NCBI GenBank assembly: GCA_046046005.1 | Contig: JBJOKQ010000002.1 | Location: 1 to 56,554, forward strand | Direction: 5' to 3' | Length of the DNA: 56,554 nucleotides | Source of the DNA: Bacteroidota bacterium | GTDB taxonomy: Bacteria; Bacteroidota; Bacteroidia; Palsa-965 | Shown here: positions 46,615-56,554 of the stretch, piece by piece | Numbering within the stretch: position 1 is the stretch's first letter | How the letters are laid out: each line of letters starts with the position of its first letter | Position numbers and translations under genes: made by a program | The notes under the pieces: generated by a model | Database searches by the model: none | What the model saw: the letters and a program-made list of their open reading frames with translations, nothing else | Told to the model about the DNA's origin: nothing

Positions 46615-47750
46615 GCCGCCACTTCATTAATGTGACGCGTCTTCCCGCCTCCGGTGTTCTTCTTCATAGCAGAACGCTTGAGAAGCCATGGAACAAAGGT
46701 GAGGAGCACAACAATTCCGCCGGTGATGATAAATGAAACGGTAATGTTGAAGTAAATGCTGGTGATTCCGGCGAGTGCAATCACGAAAATGTTGGCGATG
46801 TAAATCCAGATAACCGTTTTAGCATGACTCATTCCGCTATCGATAAGCAGGTGATGCAAATGGTTCCTGTCAGCAGAAAACGGAGAAACACCTTTCATTG
46901 CGCGATAACCGAAAATGCGGAGTGTATCTGTTAAGGGATAAGCGAGAAACGCCATTCCAACAACAGGATTCACCAATTGATTCACCCAAGTTGCAGTTTG
47001 CGCTGCAGGTTTCATTTCGATAAAAGTGATAACAAGAATACTCATGATGAGTCCGATACTCAACGAACCGGAATCGCCCATGAAAATTTTTGCAGGAGAA
47101 AAATTGAAAACCAAAAATGCTGCCAATGATCCTGCAAGTGAGAACGCGAGAATCGCAGGAACCAAATGACCGCTAAGCACAAACATTGCGCCAAGCGTAG
47201 AAGAACTGATCAATCCAACACCTGCAGCAAGTCCGTCAACACCGTCAATCAGGTTGTATGCATTTACAATTACAATCATTGCGAACAATGACAGAAATAT
47301 ACTTGCCCAAAGCGGAATTTCATTGATACCGAACAATCCATGCATACTGCGCAATCGTGTTTCCGCCATCAGCACAAGAATCATACTTACGATAATTTGC
47401 GCTGCTAATTTTTTAATTGGTGCTGTACCGATTATATCATCTTTGACACCAACGAAAAACATCATGATGAGTGCAGCAACTACAAACTGAAACAAGTGTA
47501 TACCACCCGAAACATATTCAGAAGCGAGAACATCATACGGAAACCACAAAGCGCATGCAAAAAGCGTTGCGGCAAAAATGATGATACCACCGATTGTCGG
47601 AACAACACGTTTGTGAAGCTTTCTGGCTTCACCCGGCTCGTCGAAAAGTCGTTTCAGGAATGCAACCTTGATCAACGAGGGCGTCGCGAACAAAACCACG
47701 CAAAATGCGGTAATTCCGGCTAAAATCAGGTAGATCATGGGTGTCAGCAT
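46611..47750 (-). CDS. MraY/WecA-family polyprenyl-phosphate N-acetylhexosamine-1-phosphate transferase
   Basis: It is a polytopic protein with VPTIGGIIIF, NAYNLIDGVDGLAAG and FMGDSGSLSIG motifs (GT4 family). Its stop overlaps the downstream wzi-like start (ATGA). Confidence 0.85.
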   Translation of the reverse strand: MLTPMIYLILAGITAFCVVLFATPSLIKVAFLKRLFDEPGEARKLHKRVVPTIGGIIIFAATLFACALWFPYDVLASEYVSGGIHLFQFVVAALIMMFFVGVKDDIIGTAPIKKLAAQIIVSMILVLMAETRLRSMHGLFGINEIPLWASIFLSLFAMIVIVNAYNLIDGVDGLAAGVGLISSSTLGAMFVLSGHLVPAILAFSLAGSLAAFLVFNFSPAKIFMGDSGSLSIGLIMSILVITFIEMKPAAQTATWVNQLVNPVVGMAFLAYPLTDTLRIFGYRAMKGVSPFSADRNHLHHLLIDSGMSHAKTVIWIYIANIFVIALAGITSIYFNITVSFIITGGIVVLLTFVPWLLKRSAMKKNTGGGKTRHINEVAA

Positions 47751-47809
47751 ATCGTCGAGACCTGCTAAGCTAACAGCTTATTAACAGGTTTTCAACAAAT
47801 ATAGAATTT

Positions 47810-49591
47810 TTAAAACAAATCGAAATTGGCATTGGTCAGCGAGGTGCGCAGTGCCACATATACGAAGGACGTTGAGCTTTGGTTGCCATTCACGTCCAGA
47901 TTCCTGAAACGATAGCCGGCAGCAACATTCAGATTGCTTGCATAACTGATCATCCAGCCAACATGAATATCGCCTGACGTCAGCGTTGCCGGGATTCCGG
48001 TGCCTGGAAAATTCTGTATGTCACTCATGAAAATATTATGACCATAGTTGGCCGTATCATTATCAAGATTGGCTTTCGCAACGAATATATTTCCACTGAT
48101 GAAAAAATCGCTCATCTTATAATAGAGCGTTGCATTTATCTCTTTAAATCCTGCGCCCAACGGATGTGCCAAAGCCTGATTGTAATGCGACCAGGAATAA
48201 TCACCGGCGCTGGCCGCATAACTGAATGCGTTTACGGTATTATACTCCAATCGCAAGTGAAGATGCTTCACTGTGAATGCATCGAAGTAACGTATTCCTA
48301 ACTGAAATCCATTCTTGTTCTTGCCGGGATTTAAAGCATCATTGGTTTTTACTTCATCCAACATCACCTGTCCGTACATAGTTAATGTCCTGAATAAATC
48401 GGCGCGGAATGTAGCTCCTACCAGATAGTTGTTCGGATTGTTCAAGCCATTGGCAATCGCACTTGCTCCTATTACCGGATTGAAATACCAGAAATCCAAT
48501 TGCTGTCTATTAGAATCGTTCACAGGTTCATAAATCGCACCTTGAAAAAGTGATACTTCGAATGTGCGCAGAAACTTCCAGCTTACATGATGGAATACGG
48601 CTGACTTCTTCTTGAATAACGCTTCCGTTCCTACCGGAGGCGGCAGCGTGGAATATTTCAGATTCATCAGTGATGCATAGATGACTGAGTACTGAATATT
48701 CTTATTCGCTCCGATCCACCCGGTAAATCGTGCGTACGGATAATTGAAAGAATTGTCACTGAGCAACAGCGAGCGAATTCCATCACCAACGAAATGCTTG
48801 CCGTGTCCCACTTGTACATTGAAATAGCGGCACATCGACCATGAAATCATTCCCGAAGCCATAGCATAGTCGTAGCCTGTTGTTTTGAATTTCTTCCAAC
48901 GACCCGTTCCCGGAATTACTTTGTACTCCAATGCGAATGAATCCTGATACGCAGGAAGAAACGCCTGATTTTCCATGAATGAAGTTTCGAAAGAAACTTT
49001 TGTCCCGATATCACCACGAGCAACAACACCGCGCGAGTTGATGTACAGCATTTCAGTTGATGTGTCATTCATCAATTTCGAATATTGCAAATTCAACATC
49101 GGGTCAATGTACAACCGGAACAAAGGCACATCACCTTTAGCGGGCTGCTCAACCTGTAGCAGGCTGTTTTGGTAATGATACTTTTTGATTCCGTGCTGAA
49201 ATTTTCTTCTGCGTATCCACCCCGGCCCATGTCTTCCCGGATCTATACCCAAATGCGGTTGTATCGGCAAACGCGTTCCGTGATTGTTATGCACGTTGTA
49301 TGAATGCCGCAACGGATGTCCTTGTTCAATCAGCGGTCGCAGTGATGTTTGAAGCGGCCATGCAACTACTGCAGGTTCTTCCAACGGTTGCAATGAATCC
49401 ATGTTACTCACGAGAACATGTAACGTAGTGTCGGAATCGTAACTCATCAGCACAGTTGGCAACAAAAATCCTTTTGATCTCACCATTTGTGCTTCGCTCT
49501 CAGTCATCCATTGATCATTGAGCGGAAGATTACCTTGCTGAGCTGCAACAACACCGGAAAACAAAATGAATAACAGTATCAGTTTCTTCAT
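47810..49591 (-). CDS. Wzi-family-like / RemB-like outer-membrane protein (copy 2)
   Basis: It is a paralogue of 44902-46614. [21 protein letters not shown] aligns with HFWGDGHRSLFLSDVGPAFPY. A signal peptide is present and the C-terminal residue is aromatic (..NFDLF). Confidence 0.6.
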   Translation of the reverse strand: MKKLILLFILFSGVVAAQQGNLPLNDQWMTESEAQMVRSKGFLLPTVLMSYDSDTTLHVLVSNMDSLQPLEEPAVVAWPLQTSLRPLIEQGHPLRHSYNVHNNHGTRLPIQPHLGIDPGRHGPGWIRRRKFQHGIKKYHYQNSLLQVEQPAKGDVPLFRLYIDPMLNLQYSKLMNDTSTEMLYINSRGVVARGDIGTKVSFETSFMENQAFLPAYQDSFALEYKVIPGTGRWKKFKTTGYDYAMASGMISWSMCRYFNVQVGHGKHFVGDGIRSLLLSDNSFNYPYARFTGWIGANKNIQYSVIYASLMNLKYSTLPPPVGTEALFKKKSAVFHHVSWKFLRTFEVSLFQGAIYEPVNDSNRQQLDFWYFNPVIGASAIANGLNNPNNYLVGATFRADLFRTLTMYGQVMLDEVKTNDALNPGKNKNGFQLGIRYFDAFTVKHLHLRLEYNTVNAFSYAASAGDYSWSHYNQALAHPLGAGFKEINATLYYKMSDFFISGNIFVAKANLDNDTANYGHNIFMSDIQNFPGTGIPATLTSGDIHVGWMISYASNLNVAAGYRFRNLDVNGNQSSTSFVYVALRTSLTNANFDLF

Positions 49592-50562
49592 AAGCGTTGC
49601 GCACCGCTTCCGGTTGTAGTGATCAAAGATTGAGATTCGAGCACATCTTTTACGGAATCATAAACCATTTGGATTCCTTCTGCAAGATTAATTTTGTGCT
49701 TCCATCCAAGGCTATGCAATTTACTTACGTCAGTGAGTTTGCGCGGTGTACCATCCGGTTTGCTTGTATCGAATCGGATTTCGCCACTAAAGCCGGTAAT
49801 TTTTGCAATCAACTTTGCGAGCTCACCAATGCTGATCTCTGAACCCGTGCCGATGTTCACGAATCCGGATTCATTCCAATGCTGCATGATGTGCACACAT
49901 GCATCAGCCATATCATCTGCGTGCAGAAATTCCCGAAGCGGCTTTCCGCTTCCCCACACTTCTACAAATGATGCATTCTGAACTTTTGCTGCATGAAACT
50001 TTCGCAATAATGCGGGCAATACGTGCGAATTTTTCAGATCGTAATTATCGTTGGGACCATACAGGTTCGTGGGCATTACCGAAACAAAATCGGAACCGTA
50101 CTGAGCGCGGTACGCATCGCACATTTTTATTCCTGCGATTTTTGCAATCGCGTAAGGTTCGTTTGTCGATTCCAACTGACCTGTTAAAAGATATTCTTCT
50201 TTTAAAGGTTGCGGTGCATGCTTCGGATAAATGCAGGTTGACCCCAAAAACAAAAGTTTCTTTACACCGTTGATATGTGACTGATGAATCACATTATTCT
50301 GTATCATCAGATTGTCGTAAAGAAATTCTCCGCGCTGAATGTTATTGGCAAGTATTCCTCCGACTTTAGCAGCAGCAAGAAAAACATACTCCGGTTTTTC
50401 AGTTCTGAAAAAATCAGCGACGGATTGTTGATTCCGCAGATCCAACTCATCGGAAGTTCTGAAAACAAAATTCGAATAACCATTAGACAGCAGATTTCTG
50501 TGAATGGCTGAACCAACCATTCCTCGATGACCTGCAATGTATATTCTTGCGTCCGAATTCAA
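49588..50562 (-). CDS. fcl: GDP-L-fucose synthase
   Basis: [15 protein letters not shown], the YAIAKIAG catalytic YxxxK and overall WcaG/Fcl collinearity support the call. It lies directly downstream of gmd. Confidence 0.9.
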   Translation of the reverse strand: MNSDARIYIAGHRGMVGSAIHRNLLSNGYSNFVFRTSDELDLRNQQSVADFFRTEKPEYVFLAAAKVGGILANNIQRGEFLYDNLMIQNNVIHQSHINGVKKLLFLGSTCIYPKHAPQPLKEEYLLTGQLESTNEPYAIAKIAGIKMCDAYRAQYGSDFVSVMPTNLYGPNDNYDLKNSHVLPALLRKFHAAKVQNASFVEVWGSGKPLREFLHADDMADACVHIMQHWNESGFVNIGTGSEISIGELAKLIAKITGFSGEIRFDTSKPDGTPRKLTDVSKLHSLGWKHKINLAEGIQMVYDSVKDVLESQSLITTTGSGAQRL

Positions 50563-50582
50563 AGTCTTGCGAAGCGCTCCTG

Positions 50583-51671
50583 CTACTCGTGAAAATTATT
50601 GACTTCATGTCCGCCTTCCAGAAGGTATTTGTCCTTGCGGAAAGAACGAAGATCGGATTGGACCATTTCTCTGCACAATTCTTCAACGGTGTGTTTCGGT
50701 TTCCAACCGAGTTCACGTTCCGCTTTGGATGCGTCACCAACAAGAAGATCTACTTCTGCAGGACGGAAATAACGCGGATCAATCTGCACATGCACCTTTC
50801 CGGTTAACGTATCTATTCCGCGCTCTTCTGCACCTTTACCATCCCAACGCAACACAATACCGGCTTCACGGAAAGCGTAATCTACAAATGTCCGAACGGA
50901 AATTTTCTTCCCTGTTGCAAGTACATAATCATCCGGTTTTTCCTGCTGCAACATCAGCCACATTCCTTCAACGTAATCTTTAGCATGACCCCAATCGCGT
51001 TCTGCATCAAGGTTCCCGAGATAAAGTTTCTCCTGCAATCCGAGCTTGATTTTCGCAGCGGCTCTTGTGATTTTACGTGTTACAAAAGTTTCTCCGCGTA
51101 TCGGGCTTTCGTGATTAAAGAGTATTCCGTTGCATGCATACATGTTGTATGCTTCGCGATAGTTTTTCGTAATCCAGAAAGCGTACAACTTTGCTACACC
51201 GTACGGACTTCTCGGATAAAATGGAGTTGTTTCTTTCTGAGGAATCTCCTGAACCAAACCATACAGTTCGGATGTGGAAGCCTGATAGAAACGTGTTTTA
51301 TTTTCTAATTTCAGAATACGCATTGCTTCGAGAATACGCAACGTACCGATAGCGTCAGCATTTGCAGTGTACTCAGGAGTTTCAAATGAAACCTGAACGT
51401 GTGATTGCGCCGCGAGATTATAAATCTCATCAGGTTGAACCTCCTGAACAATACGGATCAGATTGGTTGAATCTGTAAGATCACCGTAATGCAAATGAAA
51501 TGGAACTCCCTTCTCATGAGGATCATGGTACAGATGATCAATACGATGCGTATTGAACAATGAACTGCGGCGTTTTACACCGTGCACAGTATAACCTTTG
51601 CTCAGTAATAATTCAGCGAGATAAGCGCCATCCTGTCCGGTAACCCCGGTAATCAATGCTGTTTTTGCCAT
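50583..51671 (-). CDS. gmd: GDP-mannose 4,6-dehydratase
   Basis: The blocks [48 protein letters not shown] and [16 protein letters not shown] are textbook Gmd sequences. Confidence 0.95.
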   Translation of the reverse strand: MAKTALITGVTGQDGAYLAELLLSKGYTVHGVKRRSSLFNTHRIDHLYHDPHEKGVPFHLHYGDLTDSTNLIRIVQEVQPDEIYNLAAQSHVQVSFETPEYTANADAIGTLRILEAMRILKLENKTRFYQASTSELYGLVQEIPQKETTPFYPRSPYGVAKLYAFWITKNYREAYNMYACNGILFNHESPIRGETFVTRKITRAAAKIKLGLQEKLYLGNLDAERDWGHAKDYVEGMWLMLQQEKPDDYVLATGKKISVRTFVDYAFREAGIVLRWDGKGAEERGIDTLTGKVHVQIDPRYFRPAEVDLLVGDASKAERELGWKPKHTVEELCREMVQSDLRSFRKDKYLLEGGHEVNNFHE

Positions 51672-51717
51672 AAGTATTCTGCGAATTTACGCTTAAGTGC
51701 AGAATGTAGTGAATAAA

Positions 51718-53442
51718 TTATCGAACCAGTACAATGCGACCGGAATATTGAAGATCGTGATTATCCGCAGTGTTAAGTCGCCAAACATATGTTCCTGCAG
51801 GTAATTTGTTCCCGTTAACATCAGTACCGTTCCAGCCTTCTGATAGTTGAGTTGTTCTGTACACCGGTTCTCCGAGGATATTGTAAATCACCCACTCGCC
51901 TTCATTTAAACACGAAATGTTATGCAAATACACTGCGCCCAATTGAGATCCGTTGTCAGGCATTAGCAATTGTCCTGCATACGGTGTGCACGATGCAGAC
52001 CACTCGTTGACCGATGAAAGTGTATCATTGACGTAATTGAAGCATGTTGCATCCAATCTGAATGTGTATCCGTCTTTAAATCCATAAGATGTTTCGGTAT
52101 GCGGACCAAACGTACTCGTTGGGCCTTGATAAAAACCAACTGTATACACTTTACAATCGTTTGTACATTCAATTCCGTATCCGCGATCTTCTCCCGCTCC
52201 GCCTGCTTGTACAGCCCACCGCCAAACACCCGCCGTATCAATTCCGGCTGTAAATATCTGCACACTGTCAGTACCGGTATTAAGAGTTATGTTGTTACCG
52301 AATCTGACATTGGCGCCTTTAATCTGACCGGTTACATAAATGCAATGTTGACCATTGGATGATATTGCGCGCCCGCTTTCTCCTCCACTGTCAGATCCGG
52401 CTTTTGATGCCCACAACCAATTGCCTTGCTGATCCATTTTGGCCACAAAAATATCTTTACCACCGGGACCGCCATTATTGTTCAGTGTATCACCGTCGAA
52501 ATTCAACTCCGCACGAAATTCTCCGGTAACATATAAAAAACCGTCTGCTCCGCAGGTAACACCATTGGCTCGGTCATCATTATAACCTCCCACTTGTTTT
52601 ACCCATTGATAATTACCAAGAACATCGTATTTAACAACATAAATATCACGACTGTTCGCAACAGATGACAGGGTGCTAGTTCCGAAAGTTTTATTGGCTC
52701 CGTAAAATCCGCCTACAACATATACTCCTGCATTATTGTCAATTACAATATCATTGTCGCGCTGAACATCGGCGCCGTCGAAAGTGCGCACCCATTGCCA
52801 AACTCCTGCCGGCGAAAGCTTGGCAAGAAATGCAATCGAATCGCTGTAAGAAAACGGAGGTAGTGAACCAAACTGCGCAGTGCATACAGGAGGTCCGTAA
52901 TGTGTGGATAAAAATCCTGTCACGTAAATGTTACCGAGTTGATCAGTTACAATATCAAAAGCATGATCATCACCGTCTCCTCCTCCGGTAACAGCCCAAA
53001 TCAGATTTCCTGCCTGATCGTATTTCACAATAAACGGACTGTCAGCCGATCCTGCGAGATAATAGGGTCCTACTTGCATGCTGCTCCAGAATGTTCCGCA
53101 GATGATAACATTATCATCTTTGTCAACATGAACACCGAGTGCACGATCATCCAGTCCGCTGTTGCAATAATTTGCCCAGATGTAATTTCCAAGTGCATCT
53201 TGTTTGGCTACGAAAGCATCTTTGCTGTAACCGCCGCTTCCCGTTGTAATAGATCCGAATGTTCCCGTTCCGTTAAAAAATCCGCAAGAGTATACTGAAC
53301 CGTCGGAGCCCATAGCTACATCCAGAGACTTATCATTTCCGGTATTTCCGCAAGATGTGCTCCAGTTCCAAACCGGCCCTTGAGCGTTGAGTCCCGATAC
53401 TAATACAAGCATCAGAATTGTTAAGTGATAAGAGTACTTCAT
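51718..53442 (-). CDS. SBBP beta-propeller repeat protein with a T9SS type-B (gliding-motility-associated) C-terminal domain
   Basis: It has a signal peptide and repeated D-x-GN-(I/V)Y-(V/I)-(T/G)G-F blades. The C-terminus WVIYNILGEPVYRTTQLSEGWNGTDVNGNKLPAGTYVWRL...GRIVLVR fits the type-B CTD pattern. Confidence 0.8.
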   Translation of the reverse strand: MKYSYHLTILMLVLVSGLNAQGPVWNWSTSCGNTGNDKSLDVAMGSDGSVYSCGFFNGTGTFGSITTGSGGYSKDAFVAKQDALGNYIWANYCNSGLDDRALGVHVDKDDNVIICGTFWSSMQVGPYYLAGSADSPFIVKYDQAGNLIWAVTGGGDGDDHAFDIVTDQLGNIYVTGFLSTHYGPPVCTAQFGSLPPFSYSDSIAFLAKLSPAGVWQWVRTFDGADVQRDNDIVIDNNAGVYVVGGFYGANKTFGTSTLSSVANSRDIYVVKYDVLGNYQWVKQVGGYNDDRANGVTCGADGFLYVTGEFRAELNFDGDTLNNNGGPGGKDIFVAKMDQQGNWLWASKAGSDSGGESGRAISSNGQHCIYVTGQIKGANVRFGNNITLNTGTDSVQIFTAGIDTAGVWRWAVQAGGAGEDRGYGIECTNDCKVYTVGFYQGPTSTFGPHTETSYGFKDGYTFRLDATCFNYVNDTLSSVNEWSASCTPYAGQLLMPDNGSQLGAVYLHNISCLNEGEWVIYNILGEPVYRTTQLSEGWNGTDVNGNKLPAGTYVWRLNTADNHDLQYSGRIVLVR

Positions 53443-53529
53443 GTTAAACGAAAGTTAACAAAAAGTCTGAGACACTACAACAACAACGGCAGCTTTCGTT
53501 ACCCGAATAGTGTATCGTTCGTTACGCGG

Positions 53530-54300
53530 TTATATCAATGCCAGAAACCAAGGATTCAGCAATTGCTCCCTGTTATAGCGAAGTTCAGTTTTATCCGGCC
53601 AAACAACAACCTTTCCTCCTGCTGCAAGCAGAACTGCATGACCGGCTGCAGTGTCCCATTCCATCGTTGGAGCAAATCGAGGATAAGCATGTGCGTTCCG
53701 CTCTGCTACGAGACAGAATTTTAGTGAAGAGCCTGAAGCGATAAACTCAACAGCTCCATGAATCTTCTTCATTTCATCAACGTAAGATTCTGTTTCAGGC
53801 GAACCATGCGAACGGCTCCCAACCATGGTAAATGTTTCCGGAAGTGAATTTCGTCCCAATGGTACGGCTTCTCCGTCGATGTTATCACTTTTAACAAGGA
53901 ATGCGCCTGAACCAGTTGCGCCGTAATACAGTTTCTTCAACGCAGGAGCATACACAACGCCAAAAACCGGAATTCCTTCCCGAACTAATGCGATGTTCAC
54001 GGTGAATTCCCCGTTGCGTTTAATGAACTCTTTTGTTCCATCGAGCGGATCTACAATCCACAATTCCTTCCAGTTTTTTCTTTCCCCGTATGGAATTTCT
54101 TCATCACCTTCTTCACTTAAAACAGGAATGCCTGTTGACTTAAGCCCTTCAACAATAATTTTATGTGCTGCCTTGTCTGCCAATGTCAGTGGCGAATTAT
54201 CGCTTTTCATTTCCACACCGAAGTCACCTTCATTGTAGATCTTCATTATTGCTTTGCCTGCGTCAATAGCGACCTTCAGTACTTCAGTGAAATCATCCAT
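53530..54300 (-). CDS. cysQ: 3'(2'),5'-bisphosphate nucleotidase
   Basis: VLSEEG, WIVDPLDGTKEFI and the C-terminal WDTAAGHAVL are inositol-monophosphatase superfamily motifs in the CysQ arrangement. Confidence 0.85.
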   Translation of the reverse strand: MDDFTEVLKVAIDAGKAIMKIYNEGDFGVEMKSDNSPLTLADKAAHKIIVEGLKSTGIPVLSEEGDEEIPYGERKNWKELWIVDPLDGTKEFIKRNGEFTVNIALVREGIPVFGVVYAPALKKLYYGATGSGAFLVKSDNIDGEAVPLGRNSLPETFTMVGSRSHGSPETESYVDEMKKIHGAVEFIASGSSLKFCLVAERNAHAYPRFAPTMEWDTAAGHAVLLAAGGKVVVWPDKTELRYNREQLLNPWFLALI

Positions 54301-54303
54301 AGA

Positions 54304-55185
54304 TCAGTACTTCGCTCCGCCCGTTCCGATATTTTCAATCGGATGCCATGTTGTTTTTGTTTCCTGAAGATCGCAAATCAAATAAGGATTTTGCGAAGCA
54401 CTGTCGTGCCAGTTCAACGACCAATTAAAGAAACGTTTCACGTTAAGCGCGCTTAATTCCTGTGCAGATTTAATCGTTGTTTTATCGTTACCGCAATACA
54501 CCAGCGCATTCACATCCATGTGAGACGCCATGTGAGAAATCAATTCTCCTGCATTACCTGTAAGAATGTTTACAACGCCACCCGGCAGATCTGAAGTTGC
54601 AAGTACTTCACCGAATGTAACAGCACAAAGCGGTTTACTCTCCGATGCAAGTACAATACATGTGTTGCCTCCTGCTATAATCGGCCCGATGACAGACACG
54701 AGCCCTAGCAGCGATGTATCTTCAGAAGCAACTGCAGCAACAACGCCTGTTGGTTCCGGCACTGAAAAATTGAAGTGCGATGATTGCACCGGATTCACTG
54801 ATGAAAAAACAGCAGTGAACTTATCACACCATCCCGAGTAATATACCAATCGATCTACAGCGAGTGCCACTTCCTTCTCCGCCTGCGATTTCGTTGCTCC
54901 TTGAAGCATGAGTTCCTCAATGAATTGCGCTTTGCGTGTTTCCAGCATTTCCGCAATACGGTAAAGGATCTGACTTCTGTTAAATGCCGCACGACCGCTC
55001 CATCCTCCGAATGCACCACGTGCCGCGACCACAGCGTTACGGAAATCTTTTCTGGATGAAAGGCAAATATTCGCGATTACATTTTTCTTCTTATCCAGTA
55101 AAGGATAATAGCGTCCCGATTCAGTTCTGGGAAATTGTCCGCCTATGTACAGCTTATATGTTTTGAGTACTTCGATTCGTGTCAT
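54304..55185 (-). CDS. Aldehyde-dehydrogenase-like protein truncated after the cofactor-binding domain (no catalytic Cys/Glu region)
   Basis: The 293-aa protein is collinear with the N-terminal ~250 aa of ALDHs: KLYIGGQFPRTESGR, GGNTCIVLASESKPL versus GNTVVLKPAE, and NILTGNAGELISHMASHMDVNALVYCGN versus NIVNGFGDAGAALVNHKDVAKIAFTGS. It ends about 40 aa later. cysQ starts 4 nt downstream, so there is no room for a catalytic domain. Confidence 0.75.
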   Translation of the reverse strand: MTRIEVLKTYKLYIGGQFPRTESGRYYPLLDKKKNVIANICLSSRKDFRNAVVAARGAFGGWSGRAAFNRSQILYRIAEMLETRKAQFIEELMLQGATKSQAEKEVALAVDRLVYYSGWCDKFTAVFSSVNPVQSSHFNFSVPEPTGVVAAVASEDTSLLGLVSVIGPIIAGGNTCIVLASESKPLCAVTFGEVLATSDLPGGVVNILTGNAGELISHMASHMDVNALVYCGNDKTTIKSAQELSALNVKRFFNWSLNWHDSASQNPYLICDLQETKTTWHPIENIGTGGAKY

Positions 55186-55257
55186 TTTGCTTAACCGCAG
55201 AGTGCGCTGAGGTTATCCGCATGAGTTCGCTGAGTTAGATTATCAATCAACTATTTT

Positions 55258-56554
55258 CTAAATTTTCAAGTAAGCCGCCAATCCCTGGACTCCGCCTTCT
55301 CGTCCGAAACCGCTTTCCTTGTAACCTCCGAAAGGAGAAACAGGATCAAACTTGTTGTACGTATTTGCCCACACAACACCTGCACGGAGTTTTCCGGTAA
55401 GATTGAAAATACGCGAACCTTTATCTGTCCATACTCCTGCGGATAATCCGTAAGGAATATTGTTCGCTTTCTCAATTACTTCTTCCACTGTACGGAATGT
55501 TTGAATCGTAAGCACAGGGCCGAAAATTTCTTCCTGCACAATACGATGCGATTGTGATGCATTCAGAAACAATGTCGGTTTGCAGAAATATCCGGTCTTC
55601 GGAATTGTTCCTGATGGTTGCCACATTTCAGCACCTTCATCTTTACCCAGCCCAATGTAGTAATTGATCTTTTCCAATTGTTCTTTGGAATTGATGGCGC
55701 CTACATCTGTATTCTTGTCCAGCGGATCGCCTACTCGCAACGTTTCAATTCTGTCTTTCAGTTTTCTGATCAACTTATCAGCAACACCTTCCTGAACAAA
55801 CAATCTGGAACCTGCACAGCATACATGTCCCTGATTGAAAAATATCCCGTTGATGATTCCTTCCACTGCTTGATCCAAAGGTGCGTCTTCGAATACAATA
55901 TTTGCAGCTTTACCACCCAATTCAAGTGTAAGTTTCTTGCCTGTTCCTGCAACGGCTTTCTGGATAATCTTTCCGACATCAGTGGAACCGGTGAAAGCAA
56001 TTTTCGCAACATCCTTATGATTTACCAATGCAGCACCTGCATCTCCGAAACCGTTTACAATATTCACAACTCCCGGAGGTAAACCACTGTCACGAATAAT
56101 TTCTGCAAGTTTCATTGCTGTCAATGGTGTTGACTCCGCAGGTTTTAATACAACCGTATTTCCACATGCTAAAGCCGGAGCAATTTTCCATGCTGCCATC
56201 AGGAGCGGAAAATTCCAAGGAATAATTTGTCCCGCAACTCCAAGCGATTCAGGCGTGCGTCCCGGAAATGCGTATTCAAGTTTATCCGCCCATCCTGCAT
56301 AGTAGAAAAAATGCGCTGCAGCCAACGGAACATCAATGTCTCTGGATTCGCGAATCGGTTTTCCTCCATCCATAGATTCAATCACCGCTAACTCGCGTGC
56401 ACGCTCCTGAATCATTCTGGCAATACGATAAAGATATTTCCCGCGCTCAGCAGCGGGCATTTTCTTCCACACTTTATCGTAAGCGGTTTTTGCAGCTTTC
56501 ACTGCTTTATCCATATCACGTGCATCACCTTTTCCTACATCTGCAAGTGCTTTT
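55258..56554 (-). CDS. Aldehyde dehydrogenase family protein (the 5' end runs off the right edge)
   Basis: It carries the full catalytic signatures LTLELGGKAANIVF and FFNQGHVCCAGSRLFV. The frame stays open upstream of the track's Met at 56514 (..KALADVGKGDARDMDKAV), so the true start lies outside the window. Confidence 0.9.
   Translation of the reverse strand, partial: KALADVGKGDARDMDKAVKAAKTAYDKVWKKMPAAERGKYLYRIARMIQERARELAVIESMDGGKPIRESRDIDVPLAAAHFFYYAGWADKLEYAFPGRTPESLGVAGQIIPWNFPLLMAAWKIAPALACGNTVVLKPAESTPLTAMKLAEIIRDSGLPPGVVNIVNGFGDAGAALVNHKDVAKIAFTGSTDVGKIIQKAVAGTGKKLTLELGGKAANIVFEDAPLDQAVEGIINGIFFNQGHVCCAGSRLFVQEGVADKLIRKLKDRIETLRVGDPLDKNTDVGAINSKEQLEKINYYIGLGKDEGAEMWQPSGTIPKTGYFCKPTLFLNASQSHRIVQEEIFGPVLTIQTFRTVEEVIEKANNIPYGLSAGVWTDKGSRIFNLTGKLRAGVVWANTYNKFDPVSPFGGYKESGFGREGGVQGLAAYLKI

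Noticed and set aside
55618-56082. 154-aa plus-strand ORF
   Set aside because: It is antisense inside the aldehyde dehydrogenase gene.
1-56554. Search for mobile elements, prophage, toxin-antitoxin, restriction-modification, CRISPR-Cas or known defence modules
   Set aside because: I recognised no integrase, transposase, reverse transcriptase, nuclease/helicase/ATPase defence hallmark or repeat-spacer array in any frame. The window looks like core chromosome plus surface-protein genes.

Overview
This is a 56.5-kb chromosomal segment that reads as Bacteroidota. The evidence is many type IX secretion (T9SS) C-terminal sorting domains, SprB-type repeats, GldL-like membrane motifs and no obvious Shine-Dalgarno sequences. 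GC is roughly mid-40s % by eye. I found no rRNA, tRNA, CRISPR array, transposase, integrase or recognisable phage or defence genes. About 46 protein genes are supportable.

Content:
1. Ten secreted proteins carry T9SS sorting domains. They include two SprB-repeat adhesin-like proteins, an LTD-CotH kinase-like protein, a PNGase-F-like/LamG giant, a beta-helix protein and an SBBP propeller with a type-B CTD.
2. Housekeeping genes are present. metH sits behind a clear SAM-I riboswitch that the ORF track does not show. The others are an MBL-fold/tandem-rhodanese fusion, YceI, an SDR, a NUDIX hydrolase, cysQ, an ALDH plus a truncated ALDH-like partner, and a PAS-PP2C phosphatase.
3. A PadR regulator is translationally coupled to a membrane protein with repeated HWPGA hairpins.
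4. A cytochrome-oxidase accessory cluster holds heme O synthase, two subunit-III-like genes, subunit IV, SCO, a Cys-less SCO-like gene, DUF420 and a small CxxC membrane protein. It has no catalytic subunits.
5. A polysaccharide locus reads gmd-fcl-wzi-like-wecA-like-wzi-like.

My best candidate for something undescribed is the 13.1-18.3 kb module. It has two identical 24-bp perfect palindromes and a 72-nt G-free leader in front of a tightly linked pair of large, signal-peptide-bearing proteins that I cannot assign to any family. A GC-rich multi-hairpin island at 25.7 kb is a second unexplained element. All functional calls rest on motif recognition from memory, and no searches were run.
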